A DNA stretch of 42,879 nt from contig JAOZMZ010000006.1 of assembly GCA_029934055.1 (NCBI GenBank), positions 1-42,879 on the forward strand. The letters are read 5' to 3'. This document shows, piece after piece, positions 27,032 through 35,542 of this stretch. Position numbers and translations under genes: made by a program. Below the pieces are notes generated by a model. It saw only the letters and a list, made by a program, of their open reading frames with translations. It searched no databases and was not told where the DNA came from. Source of the DNA: Kiritimatiellia bacterium. GTDB lineage: Bacteria; Verrucomicrobiota; Kiritimatiellia; B70-G9. Each line of letters starts with the position of its first letter. The first letter of the stretch is position 1.

Positions 27032-27883
27032 CTAAACTTCCCCCGCTATCAGTTCCGCACGCACCCGTTCGCCGCCCGCCCGCAGATTCAAAGCCTGGTG
27101 CCTGCCCACCGTAACAGCCTTCTCCAACGCCGCATGTACGAAATCCTTGGCAAGACGTACGGATTCATCCAATAACAGGCCACGCGCCAACAGAGCCGTC
27201 AGCGCCGCCGAAAACGCGCAACCCGACCCATGCGTCTCAACACCCTCCACCCGCGCAGCAACAAACATCCGCTCTTCCCCCTCATCGAACAGCGCATCCA
27301 CAACCTCACCACCCGGGAGGTGTCCGCCTTTCACCACACAGGCCACGTCATAGCGCCGGCCGATCTCGCGGGCTGCGGCCATCATGTCGTCGCCGGATGA
27401 GATCGCATGACCCGCCAAAATCTCGGCCTCATGCAGATTCGGGGTCACCACCCGGGCCTGTGGCAACAACTCGTTGCAAAGCGCTTCTTCGGCATCCGCC
27501 TTGAGAAGCCGCGCCCCCGACGTCGCCACCATCACGGGGTCCACCACCAAAATCGGAATTCCTTCGCGCACGTCTTCACCCGCTACGCTCCGAATTATTC
27601 CGGCTGAATAGAGCATCCCCGTCTTGGCAGCCCCGACCGGAAAAGCATCGCACACCGCCTTGATCTGCCGAACCACGAATTCGGGGGGAAACTCCTCGAT
27701 GCCGTATACGCCCGATGGATTTTGTGCCGTCGCACAACTCAATGCCGAAGTACCGAAAACATCCAAAGCTGCAAAGGTCTGCAGGTCCGCCTGGATCCCG
27801 GCCCCTCCGCCGCTATCCGAACCTGCGATCGTCAAGGCAACCGCAGCCGATGAAACGGAATTTTCGTTTTTCTCCGGCATCAT
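27032..27883 (-). CDS. thiD: Hydroxymethylpyrimidine/phosphomethylpyrimidine kinase
   Basis: [40 protein letters not shown]...[11 protein letters not shown]...VKGGHL...[13 protein letters not shown] is the ThiD ribokinase-family signature. Confidence 0.9.
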   Translation of the reverse strand: MMPEKNENSVSSAAVALTIAGSDSGGGAGIQADLQTFAALDVFGTSALSCATAQNPSGVYGIEEFPPEFVVRQIKAVCDAFPVGAAKTGMLYSAGIIRSVAGEDVREGIPILVVDPVMVATSGARLLKADAEEALCNELLPQARVVTPNLHEAEILAGHAISSGDDMMAAAREIGRRYDVACVVKGGHLPGGEVVDALFDEGEERMFVAARVEGVETHGSGCAFSAALTALLARGLLLDESVRLAKDFVHAALEKAVTVGRHQALNLRAGGERVRAELIAGEV

Positions 27884-28038
27884 GCCACCAGCCTAGCCCG
27901 AAAACACAGTGGGTCAAGCCATTCATGCGCGATGCCGCTGCTCGTACTCATCCGCCCCCGCGCGCACCTTCGCCCTCCGCTTGCCTCCCCATACAGCACC
28001 TGTTATGCTCGGTCATTCGATTTGCTGTGAGGTTAGAT

Positions 28039-29217
28039 ATGTCGAAACACCGCCTTCTGCGATCGGGTCCTGTCCGCTTCACTTGGGGCATCCCACTCCC
28101 AGCCATACTGCTCATGCTCGCGCATAACCCCGCGAGCGCCGGCGCCGAAACAAACCCGCCTCCCGCCTCAACCTATTCTTCCGGAATTGCAAGTCCGGCG
28201 CCGGCCACGAATGAAACCCTGTCTCTGATCCGCGCCGAAGGCAATAGCCGCTTGGCACTGCGCCGGGATCCGCTCGACCAAAACACCCTTTCAGAACTCC
28301 TCGGGATCTACCAGCACGGCAACGACGCCCTCATGGCCTGCATAACGGCCAACTTCGCCGCCGAAATATATCCGACCAACGAATTCTTCGCCTCTCGGAA
28401 AAAAGAACTGATCTCTTCACTCCAGCCGCGCTGGCGTGACGAATTTCCTGCCAATGATGCGCGCGTCGAACTGGAAAAAATCTCGCGCCTGATGCGTCAA
28501 GCTGTCGAACAGGGCCGCCACGGCAGCTTCACCGCCGTGGAACTCCGCCTGCGTTCACTGGCATCCCGCTTCCCCTCCGACCCCGACGTTCTTTTCCGGC
28601 TTGGAACACTCTATTACGTTTCGCGGGAGTGGACCATGGCCGCAGCTCTCAACCTATACGCCGCACAACACGCTCGCGCCGGTCGAAACATATTCATCCA
28701 CAACTACGTCGCCGCCATGGAGAACATCCATGCCGCCGATTTCGCCCTGACATTCCTCAAGCAACGTCTTCAGGAAAAGCCGGACAACCCATTCCTCCTC
28801 GCCGAGACCGCCCGCCTCGCACACCGCATGGGAAAAACGTCCGAATGCCTGCGTGTAACCGCCAAATGGACGGCAGCAGCGCCCAGAGACCCCACCGCCT
28901 GGTTCACCCGCGGTCTCGTCCTCTATGAAGATGCACGGCTGGAAGACGCCGAAAGCGCTTTCGCCCGGGCCGTCCGCCTGCCCCGCCCGCCGGCACAGGC
29001 CTATGCCTACCTGGCCCGCCTGGCATTGCAACGCGAAGATCTCGAACAGGCGAAAAGTTGGTTCCGGAAGTTCACAGAACTGCGCCCCCCCGAAGAAGTC
29101 CGCAAGGCACTCTCATCTCCTCCACTCGACCGTCTGGCGCCATTCTTTGCGGATGCGCCCGCCGGCCGCGATTCCTCCCACACCCCCACTGCTCCCGCAC
29201 CCCGCCCGGAGGACTGA
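28039..29217 (+). CDS. Secreted TPR-like repeat protein
   Basis: ATG 28039 with a GAGG RBS. Signal-peptide-like N-terminus (IPLPAILLMLAHNPASAGA) and a helical repeat body ending in clear TPRs (WFTRGLVLYEDARLEDAESAFARAVRL, AYAYLARLALQREDLEQAKSWFRKF). The 108 upstream codons of track ORF 27715.. overlap thiD antisense and were dropped. Confidence 0.7.
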   Translation: MSKHRLLRSGPVRFTWGIPLPAILLMLAHNPASAGAETNPPPASTYSSGIASPAPATNETLSLIRAEGNSRLALRRDPLDQNTLSELLGIYQHGNDALMACITANFAAEIYPTNEFFASRKKELISSLQPRWRDEFPANDARVELEKISRLMRQAVEQGRHGSFTAVELRLRSLASRFPSDPDVLFRLGTLYYVSREWTMAAALNLYAAQHARAGRNIFIHNYVAAMENIHAADFALTFLKQRLQEKPDNPFLLAETARLAHRMGKTSECLRVTAKWTAAAPRDPTAWFTRGLVLYEDARLEDAESAFARAVRLPRPPAQAYAYLARLALQREDLEQAKSWFRKFTELRPPEEVRKALSSPPLDRLAPFFADAPAGRDSSHTPTAPAPRPED

Positions 29218-29327
29218 TGCGCCACCCGGCCGCACCCGGCACCATTCCAGATGTCGGTCAACAATACGGCGGCTTGCATCCGGAATATTCACCGGCAGTA
29301 CACTCCGCCGACACGCATACTTCTTGC

Positions 29328-31271
29328 TCACTCTCCCGCCGGACCGTCGGCTCGCGTCACCCCGGCAGGTGTCTTTTCCTCCAGTAGACGGCGACAACGC
29401 CTGAGTTCCTTGTCGCGCGGGTTGTAAGCATAGCCCTCCTGCAACGCCTTACGCGCTTCTTCGGGCCTGCCAGAAGATGCCAGGCAAATCGAAAGATTCC
29501 TCCACAGAAATGCTCGGTGGCGGTAGGTCTCGGCAAGGACCCTGTATATCTCCGCCGCACGCCTGTAATCCCCGCACTCCATGTAGAATCCCGCCGTCCC
29601 CAACAGCCGCCATGAAATCGGCGCCAGCCCACCCGGCAGGCGCGGACGCCGGCTCCCCCGGCGGCATTCCTCCAGCGCCGCGTCTATCAGGTGCATTCCT
29701 TCCGGCGCCTTCGCCGCCAACCAACGTGAAAGATCCGGCGTCTGCCGGCCCTTTCGGATGAACACTGCCGACGTGCCATCGAAATATACCAGCCGCCAGT
29801 CGGCCCGCCGATTCAACTGTGCCGCAAAACGAATCCCGTCAGCGAAAACCGTGTTCACAAGGGCCGCATCCAGGCCATAACGCGCCACAAGTCTATCCCA
29901 GGCATGCGGCTTCAGCGCCAGGGCCGCCCGATACGAACGGAACGGCTCCGGACTGAAAAGTGTGCTCCGCCCGTCCATGAATACGCGGCGCTCCGGCAAG
30001 GCCCACTCGAGATACCCCCCGTCACCATAGAAGTTGAAAGTTCTGCCGGGGAAGTCCGGGTGTTTCATGACCTTCACCGCGTAACATGGAAAGACGTCCC
30101 GCTTGACCCCCAACCCTATGCTCATGCCGCTGCCCAACCACCCGTAATAACGGTTGCTCAACAGCAGCCACAGTACTCCCAGCGCCGCAATCCCATAACC
30201 CTTCCATACCGCCTTCAGCACGCGCCCCGGCCCGCGCGCCACAACCCCACCGATCACATCCGCCGTTTCCCCCAGCGAAAATGCAAGGAAGGGCATCCCG
30301 AAAGTCGCCAGCTGGTCAAGAAAGCGCACCGAGCGCCAAGTCGCCGCAGCACTCCAGATCATGAGCAGCATCACGGCTACCGGAATCCTGCGCCGTGCCG
30401 CCGCAAATCCAGCCGCGCTTACAATCAGCACACCCGTTATCAGCCACCTGATGTGCGGCAACCCGAAAGTGCCCGAGAACGGCGACTCCCATTCCACGAT
30501 GAACGCACGCGCCGGATCGTTCCAATGTGCCAGCAACGTTCCATATATGCGCACGCCGAACGGATTCACCAGCGTCGCCCCCAAAGTGAGCAATCCCAGA
30601 AACATCAGTCCCCGGCAGCGCACCACGCCGGCCAGCCACCTCTCTCCGGCCAAACGCCGCCGCAGTATCCGCTCCGCAAAATAGGCGGCGACAACCATCG
30701 GCCCCAATATGAAAGTAGGACTCAAATTTGCCCATACTGTTTCCAACAAAGCCAGTCCGAGCAACGTCCCGATCGGCACACTCTCATGTCCTTCACTTTC
30801 AAGGCGCGAAAGCCGGTCCATGAACAGCATCGAAATCGGCAGCGTGAGCAGATGTGGCCGCACCGTCATCCGCGGCGCGAGAGCAAACACGCAAACCAAC
30901 AACGCCCAGCCGGCCGCCGCCGGAGCCGCATAGCGCCTGGCAACCCGGTAGGCCAAGGCCAAGGCCGTCACCCCCGCGGCGGCATGCAGCAGTGTCAACA
31001 ATACCGGACCTCCGAGACGATAGAACGGCTGCAACAGCAACTGGTAAAGCCATTCGAATTCCAGCCAAGGACGTCCCTGCATCGTAAAAGAGAAATGATC
31101 CATCACCGGAATCCGACCGGCCTGCAATATCCAGCGACCAGTAGCCAGATGCCTCCACAAGTCGCGGCTGACCACCGGATGCATCCCCGCCGCCGCACCC
31201 GCCGCCAGAAGCAAAATCGGCCCGGCCCCGCGCCTCCAACCCGCTACTGCACTCTTTATCGCTTTGCTCAC
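29328..31271 (-). CDS. Polytopic membrane protein with C-terminal TPR repeats (GT-C/ArnT-like glycosyltransferase fold suspected)
   Basis: About 12 hydrophobic helices. The first periplasmic loop motif is DLWRHLATGRWILQAGRIPVMDHFSFTMQGRPWLEFEWLYQ. The C-terminus carries TPRs (AGFYMECGDYRRAAEIYRVLAE, LSICLASSGRPEEARKALQEGYAYNPRD). GTG start. The fold assignment is an inference. Confidence 0.75.
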   Translation of the reverse strand: MSKAIKSAVAGWRRGAGPILLLAAGAAAGMHPVVSRDLWRHLATGRWILQAGRIPVMDHFSFTMQGRPWLEFEWLYQLLLQPFYRLGGPVLLTLLHAAAGVTALALAYRVARRYAAPAAAGWALLVCVFALAPRMTVRPHLLTLPISMLFMDRLSRLESEGHESVPIGTLLGLALLETVWANLSPTFILGPMVVAAYFAERILRRRLAGERWLAGVVRCRGLMFLGLLTLGATLVNPFGVRIYGTLLAHWNDPARAFIVEWESPFSGTFGLPHIRWLITGVLIVSAAGFAAARRRIPVAVMLLMIWSAAATWRSVRFLDQLATFGMPFLAFSLGETADVIGGVVARGPGRVLKAVWKGYGIAALGVLWLLLSNRYYGWLGSGMSIGLGVKRDVFPCYAVKVMKHPDFPGRTFNFYGDGGYLEWALPERRVFMDGRSTLFSPEPFRSYRAALALKPHAWDRLVARYGLDAALVNTVFADGIRFAAQLNRRADWRLVYFDGTSAVFIRKGRQTPDLSRWLAAKAPEGMHLIDAALEECRRGSRRPRLPGGLAPISWRLLGTAGFYMECGDYRRAAEIYRVLAETYRHRAFLWRNLSICLASSGRPEEARKALQEGYAYNPRDKELRRCRRLLEEKTPAGVTRADGPAGE

Positions 31272-31388
31272 ATGCTCATAATCCCACGGAACTTACTGGC
31301 CAACAACAAGATATCATTCTCTATCCACGTCCGGCCCCCCAGTCCCCGCCCGGCCGGCCGCCGGCCTGATTTTTCTGCATTACAGGTC

Positions 31389-31417
31389 TTGACTATCAGC
31401 CCGTTCAAGTCAATAAT
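31389..31417 (+). promoter_or_regulatory. Candidate sigma-70 promoter (TTGACT-17 nt-AATAAT) for the PEP-CTERM gene
   Basis: TTGACT atcagcccgttcaagtc AATAAT lies in an AT-rich patch ~50 nt upstream of ATG 31468. Confidence 0.5.
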
Positions 31418-31467
31418 GTAAAACGTTTTAATAAACGATGGCTTGATGTGTGGAAAGGGTATCGGCG

Positions 31468-32418
31468 ATGAAGAAATTGCTTCCGATTCTCACTATTATC
31501 AGCCTTGGAGCGCTGGCGGGATGGTGTGCTGTGGTTGACTACGGCGCGGTCGACACCAGTGATACCCACCCGACCGTGGATGGATCTATAGGTGCAGGTG
31601 AATATGACCTCTCCGTAGCGGTACAAAATACAGGCTTCGGAGGGTTGTTCACTCATTTCTATGCGGACAGCGATGGAGAAAATCTATACTTCGGCGTAAA
31701 GTACAGCTCGTCCTTCGTAGACAACAACGCCATCGTCATCTATCTGGACAGCGATGCAGAGAAAAACCAGTCCTCCGTCTACGCGGGCGCGCGTTATCTG
31801 AGCGACGTAACCGACAACAGTAACTTCACTGAAATGTCGGCCGCCTTCCAAGGCAACAAAGACGGAGATCAGAACAATGATCCCGGATGGGGAACCGGAC
31901 CGAATTCATATGTCTTCGACGCCGACTTCGCTTTCGTGGTGGACGGTTACGCCGGTAACATCAGCGGCACCGCTACGGGTGATGCGGGCGACGGGAACCA
32001 GATGGCGTGCTACGGCTTCGACGTCGCTGATCTGAGCGATCTTGATTGGATCAGTTTCACCTACGCCAACAGTGACGGTAACGGCGTAGCCGAGTTCAGC
32101 ATCGCCATTTCGACGATGACCAATTACGCCCCCGCAAGTCTGACCGGAATCCTGAGCACCAATCCGGGCAACTATGAGGTGTATTTCTCGGCCCTGCTCC
32201 TCAATGCCGACAATGCTTGGCTGAGTAACGAATCCGTTCCGGCCGCCCACACATCCCAGGGCAACGGCTACATTGATGTCGTCAACGTCGGATCCTTCAA
32301 CTGGACGGTCAACGGCCCCGGGGACGGCGCCGTCCCCGAACCTCATACGGCCACATTGGCGATCACCTTCGGCCTCGTGCTGGTAGGAATCCGCCGCCAT
32401 CTGCGTCGCAAGGCCTGA
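31468..32418 (+). CDS. PEP-CTERM sorting-domain secreted protein
   Basis: N-terminal signal peptide (MKKLLPILTIISLGALAGWCA), an Asp/Gly/Asn/Ser-rich beta-type body, and C-terminal VPEP + TM (HTATLAITFGLVLVGI) + basic tail (RRHLRRKA), which is the exosortase sorting signal. GC is noticeably lower than in the flanks. Confidence 0.85.
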   Translation: MKKLLPILTIISLGALAGWCAVVDYGAVDTSDTHPTVDGSIGAGEYDLSVAVQNTGFGGLFTHFYADSDGENLYFGVKYSSSFVDNNAIVIYLDSDAEKNQSSVYAGARYLSDVTDNSNFTEMSAAFQGNKDGDQNNDPGWGTGPNSYVFDADFAFVVDGYAGNISGTATGDAGDGNQMACYGFDVADLSDLDWISFTYANSDGNGVAEFSIAISTMTNYAPASLTGILSTNPGNYEVYFSALLLNADNAWLSNESVPAAHTSQGNGYIDVVNVGSFNWTVNGPGDGAVPEPHTATLAITFGLVLVGIRRHLRRKA

Positions 32419-32596
32419 CGATAACAGTGCTCTCCCGCGTAGGCACCGGCGGGCAGCGTGTACCGCAAATCTCCATATGCGGTGATGACGCGAACCGTGT
32501 CTGCAGTCGGCCTGATTGTTACTAACTCGACAGCCTGCCGACTGTAGAATCCAGATAATTCGACATTTGAGCAGAGCGTAGCCCTACCGCAAGAAT

Positions 32597-34405
32597 TCAC
32601 CCCCTGATGGCGGCCAGGCGGCGCCCCAGTTCCGCCCCGATGGCCTGGACAAGACGGACGTCCCGGCGACTGAAGCGGCGCGGGTTGTGAATCGCAACCA
32701 GAAAGATGTCGCCGCTGCGGACCAGCGTCAGTGGTCGGCCCTCAATAAAGACCGTAAGAGATTCAAGTCCGCCCATGTCGAGTTGCTTTATGTACCAGGC
32801 GATTTTCTTGTAAATCTGGGGCGCGAAAGCCCCCAGCGCTTCACTGTGATCATCTTCCCAGCTTGATGTCACCAGGTAGCCTTCACGGTGCGCCACTACG
32901 CAACCCTCGAAACTCTCAATGGTGGCGAAGCGCGCGGCCACGCCGCGCACATCCGGCAACCCATCGCGGGTATGCCCCAATATCATGTTGATCACGCCTG
33001 CATTGCGGAAAATATCTTCGCGCAACTTTATTCCTGTGATGCGTTCAAAGGTCTGCCGGCCGAGACCCGGTACGCGTGCCAGGTCCAGAAGGTTGAAGAA
33101 CGGTCCATTCTTCGAACGGTCGGCCACAATCCGCTCCGCCAGGCGCCTTCCCACACCGTCCAGCCGCCGTGCAATCTCATCGGCCCCCGCACTGTTGAGA
33201 TCCATACCCTTGAGAAACAGGTAGGCGCGTTCTTCCATCTCCTCGGCAAACACGGGCGGCACCTTCTCGCCGACGGACTCCTCCTTGCCCTCCTCCGGCA
33301 CACCCTGTACAAGCTCAGCCGCCGGCGCGCTTGGCGTCGAAACCACCGTACCCGTATCCACGGCGGCTGCCGGGGATTCCTCAGCCCCGGCGCCCTCCGC
33401 CGAAACCTCAAGCGGCTCGGCCGCACGCCCCTCTTCCGCCTCCGGCGCACGGGCCTCAGCAGAAAAAGCCGCCGCCTCCTCCACCGCTTCCTCGGCTTCC
33501 TTTGCTTCCGCCGGTAACCCGACATCTTCTTCGACTGCGGCAGCTGCCGGCTCCTGGTCGGACATCACCGTCGCTTCCTCCGAAACTTCCTCAAAGCTCT
33601 CGGCAACCTTCGACTCCTCTGCCGCCGGCTCCTCCTCCACACCCGCCGCTGCTTCCACCACTTGGGGCCCAACCTCCTCGCCCTCATGCGAGACCCCCTC
33701 TTCCGAGACAGCCCCTTGCGCCGCGGACGCCTGTGTCTCAGGACCGGGCTCCGCAACCGCACCACTCGTCTCCACAGTCACCTCTCCGGCCGCCACTTCC
33801 CCGCCTGCTCCGGGTGTAAACAAATTGGGAAGTTCTTCCGGAATTGAAACCTCTTCCGACGACATCCGCTTTAACAGTTCATCTTCAGGTATTGCACTGA
33901 CCACCGCCGCCAGCGGCAAGGTGACCTCTTCTTTGGCATGTGCCACCCACCCGTCGGCCATGAATTTGTCCGGGATTTCGGAAACCACGTCCGATACCAC
34001 CGCACTTACGCGCCCGCGTGCCAACTGATCGAACACATCATGTACCACAACCCCAACTTTTATCCCGGCCCGGGATGCCTCCGCAGGATCACGCAGGATA
34101 CTTTCCGGCAGGGTGGTGGCCAGGTCGCTCAAGGATATCTCAAGGGTCATGCTCTGTTCGGATATGGCCGTGCTTCCCCCTTCGTCATCATCCTCCCCGA
34201 TGATCTCATTGATCTCGGCCAGCTGCCGCCGTATCCTGTCGAGCTGACCGAGTTCCGTCTCTTCGCCGGACTCCTCGGATGGAGCCACAGCCGGAGAGTC
34301 CGCAGAAGAAGAATCAGCATGCGTCCCGCGTGGTTCCTCTTTCGCTGAAGGAACCTTTTCCTCCCCCTTGACGCCGTGCCTGAAAATGTTACCCAAGAGT
34401 GACAC
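32597..34405 (-). CDS. Acidic multidomain protein: N-terminal repeat region, Glu/Ala-rich disordered linker, ComEA-like helix-hairpin-helix module, C-terminal Roadblock/LC7 domain
   Basis: HhH: LNSAGADEIARRLDGVGRRLAERIVADRSKNGPFFNLLDLARVPGLGRQTFERITG (ComEA C-terminal pattern). Roadblock-like tail: VRGVAARFATIESFEGCVVAHREGYLVTSSWEDDHSEALGAFAPQIYKKIAWYIKQLDMGGLESLTVFIEGRPLTLVRSGDIFLVAIH. Start set at GTG 34405, 7 nt after AGGAGG; the track start 34465 is TTG. Confidence 0.8.
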   Translation of the reverse strand: MSLLGNIFRHGVKGEEKVPSAKEEPRGTHADSSSADSPAVAPSEESGEETELGQLDRIRRQLAEINEIIGEDDDEGGSTAISEQSMTLEISLSDLATTLPESILRDPAEASRAGIKVGVVVHDVFDQLARGRVSAVVSDVVSEIPDKFMADGWVAHAKEEVTLPLAAVVSAIPEDELLKRMSSEEVSIPEELPNLFTPGAGGEVAAGEVTVETSGAVAEPGPETQASAAQGAVSEEGVSHEGEEVGPQVVEAAAGVEEEPAAEESKVAESFEEVSEEATVMSDQEPAAAAVEEDVGLPAEAKEAEEAVEEAAAFSAEARAPEAEEGRAAEPLEVSAEGAGAEESPAAAVDTGTVVSTPSAPAAELVQGVPEEGKEESVGEKVPPVFAEEMEERAYLFLKGMDLNSAGADEIARRLDGVGRRLAERIVADRSKNGPFFNLLDLARVPGLGRQTFERITGIKLREDIFRNAGVINMILGHTRDGLPDVRGVAARFATIESFEGCVVAHREGYLVTSSWEDDHSEALGAFAPQIYKKIAWYIKQLDMGGLESLTVFIEGRPLTLVRSGDIFLVAIHNPRRFSRRDVRLVQAIGAELGRRLAAIRG

Positions 34406-34787
34406 CTCAACACCTCCTGCGATTCGCCGCTTACCATCAATAAATCTACAACATTTCGGAAGCAATTAACATGCCACCGATGGTTTTCCCCGCTCTCTTC
34501 TTGATATGCCGGCGCCACCATGGACTCTTCTTTAGCAGACCCCGCAGGTAGGCGCCCCCCGCCTGTTTGCTGAAGCCGTGCAAGACCCTTGGCTGCGGAT
34601 CACCCTGTCAATTTCGCATTTATGCAAAGTAACACTTCACCTTTGAACTGAAGGAACCCGGCTCTCCGCGACAGGATCCCACCCGCGAGTGCTTCCTCTC
34701 CGGGCGGCATCACGTGCAGCGACACCATATCTGTCAATCCAGTAGCCGCCACTCCCACCGCCCGCCCGCCGGCCGTACCGATCCGCC

Positions 34788-34815
34788 CATCCGGCGCGTC
34801 ATCCGGAACATCCGG
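34788..34815. repeat. Three direct copies of CATCCGG (spacing 12 and 9 nt) in the mglA upstream region
   Basis: CATCCGG is read directly at 34788, 34800 and 34809. The last two copies occupy the position where a -35 element would sit relative to the TGcGATAAT element. Confidence 0.5.
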
Positions 34816-34826
34816 ATATCCCGCGA

Positions 34827-34835
34827 TGCGATAAT
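34827..34835 (+). promoter_or_regulatory. Candidate extended -10 promoter element (TGcGATAAT) for mglA
   Basis: TG-n-GATAAT lies ~60 nt upstream of GTG 34896. There is no good -35 element; the CATCCGG repeats sit there instead. Confidence 0.3.
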
Positions 34836-34895
34836 GGCTTGGCCCGCGGCATGATTTCTGCTCTTATGCGGTTAGATCGTTGTGGAGGTGATACC

Positions 34896-35537
34896 GTGGC
34901 GTTCGTCAACATGGCCCGCAAGGAGATTGCTTTCAAGATCGTCTATTACGGCCCCGCCCTCGGCGGCAAAACTACCAATCTGGAACAGATACACGGGGCC
35001 ATACAGCCTGAATCCCGCGGAGAGTTGACCATTCTCTCGACCCGTCAGGACCGCACCCTCTTCTTCGATTTTCTGCCGCTTCGTTCGGATATAATCCGCG
35101 GATTCTCTTCCAAGTTTCAACTCTACACTGTACCCGGACAGACGATTTACAATGAAACCCGTAAGCTCGTGCTGCGCCATGTGGACGGCATCGTATTCGT
35201 AGCGGATTCCCAGTGGGAAAAAATGGAAGACAACACGCTCAGCTTTCAGAACATGCAGGACAACTTGCGCGAACAAAACACCTCGATCGATCAGATTCCG
35301 TACGCTCTGCAGTACAACAAACGCGACCTTCCCAACATCGCACCGGTCCACTACATGGACTTCCTGCTTAACCGCCGTCGCGTGCGCGTACCCCGTTTCG
35401 AATCGATCGCCATCGAGTGTCGCGGCGTGTTCGAAGCGCTCAATACGGTTTCCCGCATGGTCTTGGCGGCTTTCATCCGCGAACACCGCCTCGGTCACGG
35501 GGAACTGCCCGAAGACGTCTGCATTTCAAAAGAGTAG
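34896..35537 (+). CDS. mglA: Ras-like small GTPase MglA
   Basis: [32 protein letters not shown]...[16 protein letters not shown]...[33 protein letters not shown]...[14 protein letters not shown]...[14 protein letters not shown] is colinear with my recollection of Myxococcus MglA ([63 protein letters not shown]). GTG 34896 has GGAGG 7 nt upstream and restores the conserved N-terminus. Confidence 0.92.
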   Translation: [213 protein letters not shown]

Positions 35538-35542
35538 GGCGA

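Noticed and set aside
24598-27883. thiD-comEC adjacency plus the ComEA-like HhH protein as evidence of a competence locus
   Set aside because: thiD and comEC are merely co-oriented neighbours, and no comEA, comF, pil or dprA genes are present. The HhH link to DNA uptake is speculative, so it is mentioned only as a hypothesis under the fusion-protein finding.
27715-28038. N-terminal extensions of track ORFs (for example 27715-28038 on the TPR gene, 10018-10284 on murJ, 7085-7192 on metY, 3587-3907 on KTSC, 20461-20646 on tsaD)
   Set aside because: The track reports the longest ORF and shows TTG/GTG starts as M. The extensions are Arg-rich, overlap neighbouring genes or their antisense, and an internal start with a Shine-Dalgarno match restores the conserved family N-terminus.
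27884-28038. Possible TPP (THI-box) riboswitch upstream of thiD
   Set aside because: I read the minus-strand leader and found no CUGAGA / ACCUGAUCUGGAUAAUGCCAGCG-type core. The 155 nt spacer appears to hold only divergent promoters.
29904-31421. 505 aa plus-strand ORF antisense to the polytopic membrane/TPR gene
   Set aside because: The product is Arg/Pro/Gln-rich with no hydrophobic segments, while the minus strand encodes a coherent 12-TM + TPR protein.
33285-34028. Ala/Ser/Pro/Thr-rich plus-strand ORFs (247 aa and 162 aa) opposite the acidic linker of the HhH-Roadblock gene
   Set aside because: They mirror the GAA/GCC-rich low-complexity coding on the minus strand. They have no start context and no domains.
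34147-34521. 124 aa minus-strand ORF overlapping the 5' end of the HhH-Roadblock gene in another frame
   Set aside because: It overlaps a better-supported frame (AGGAGG + GTG 34405) and has no features of its own.
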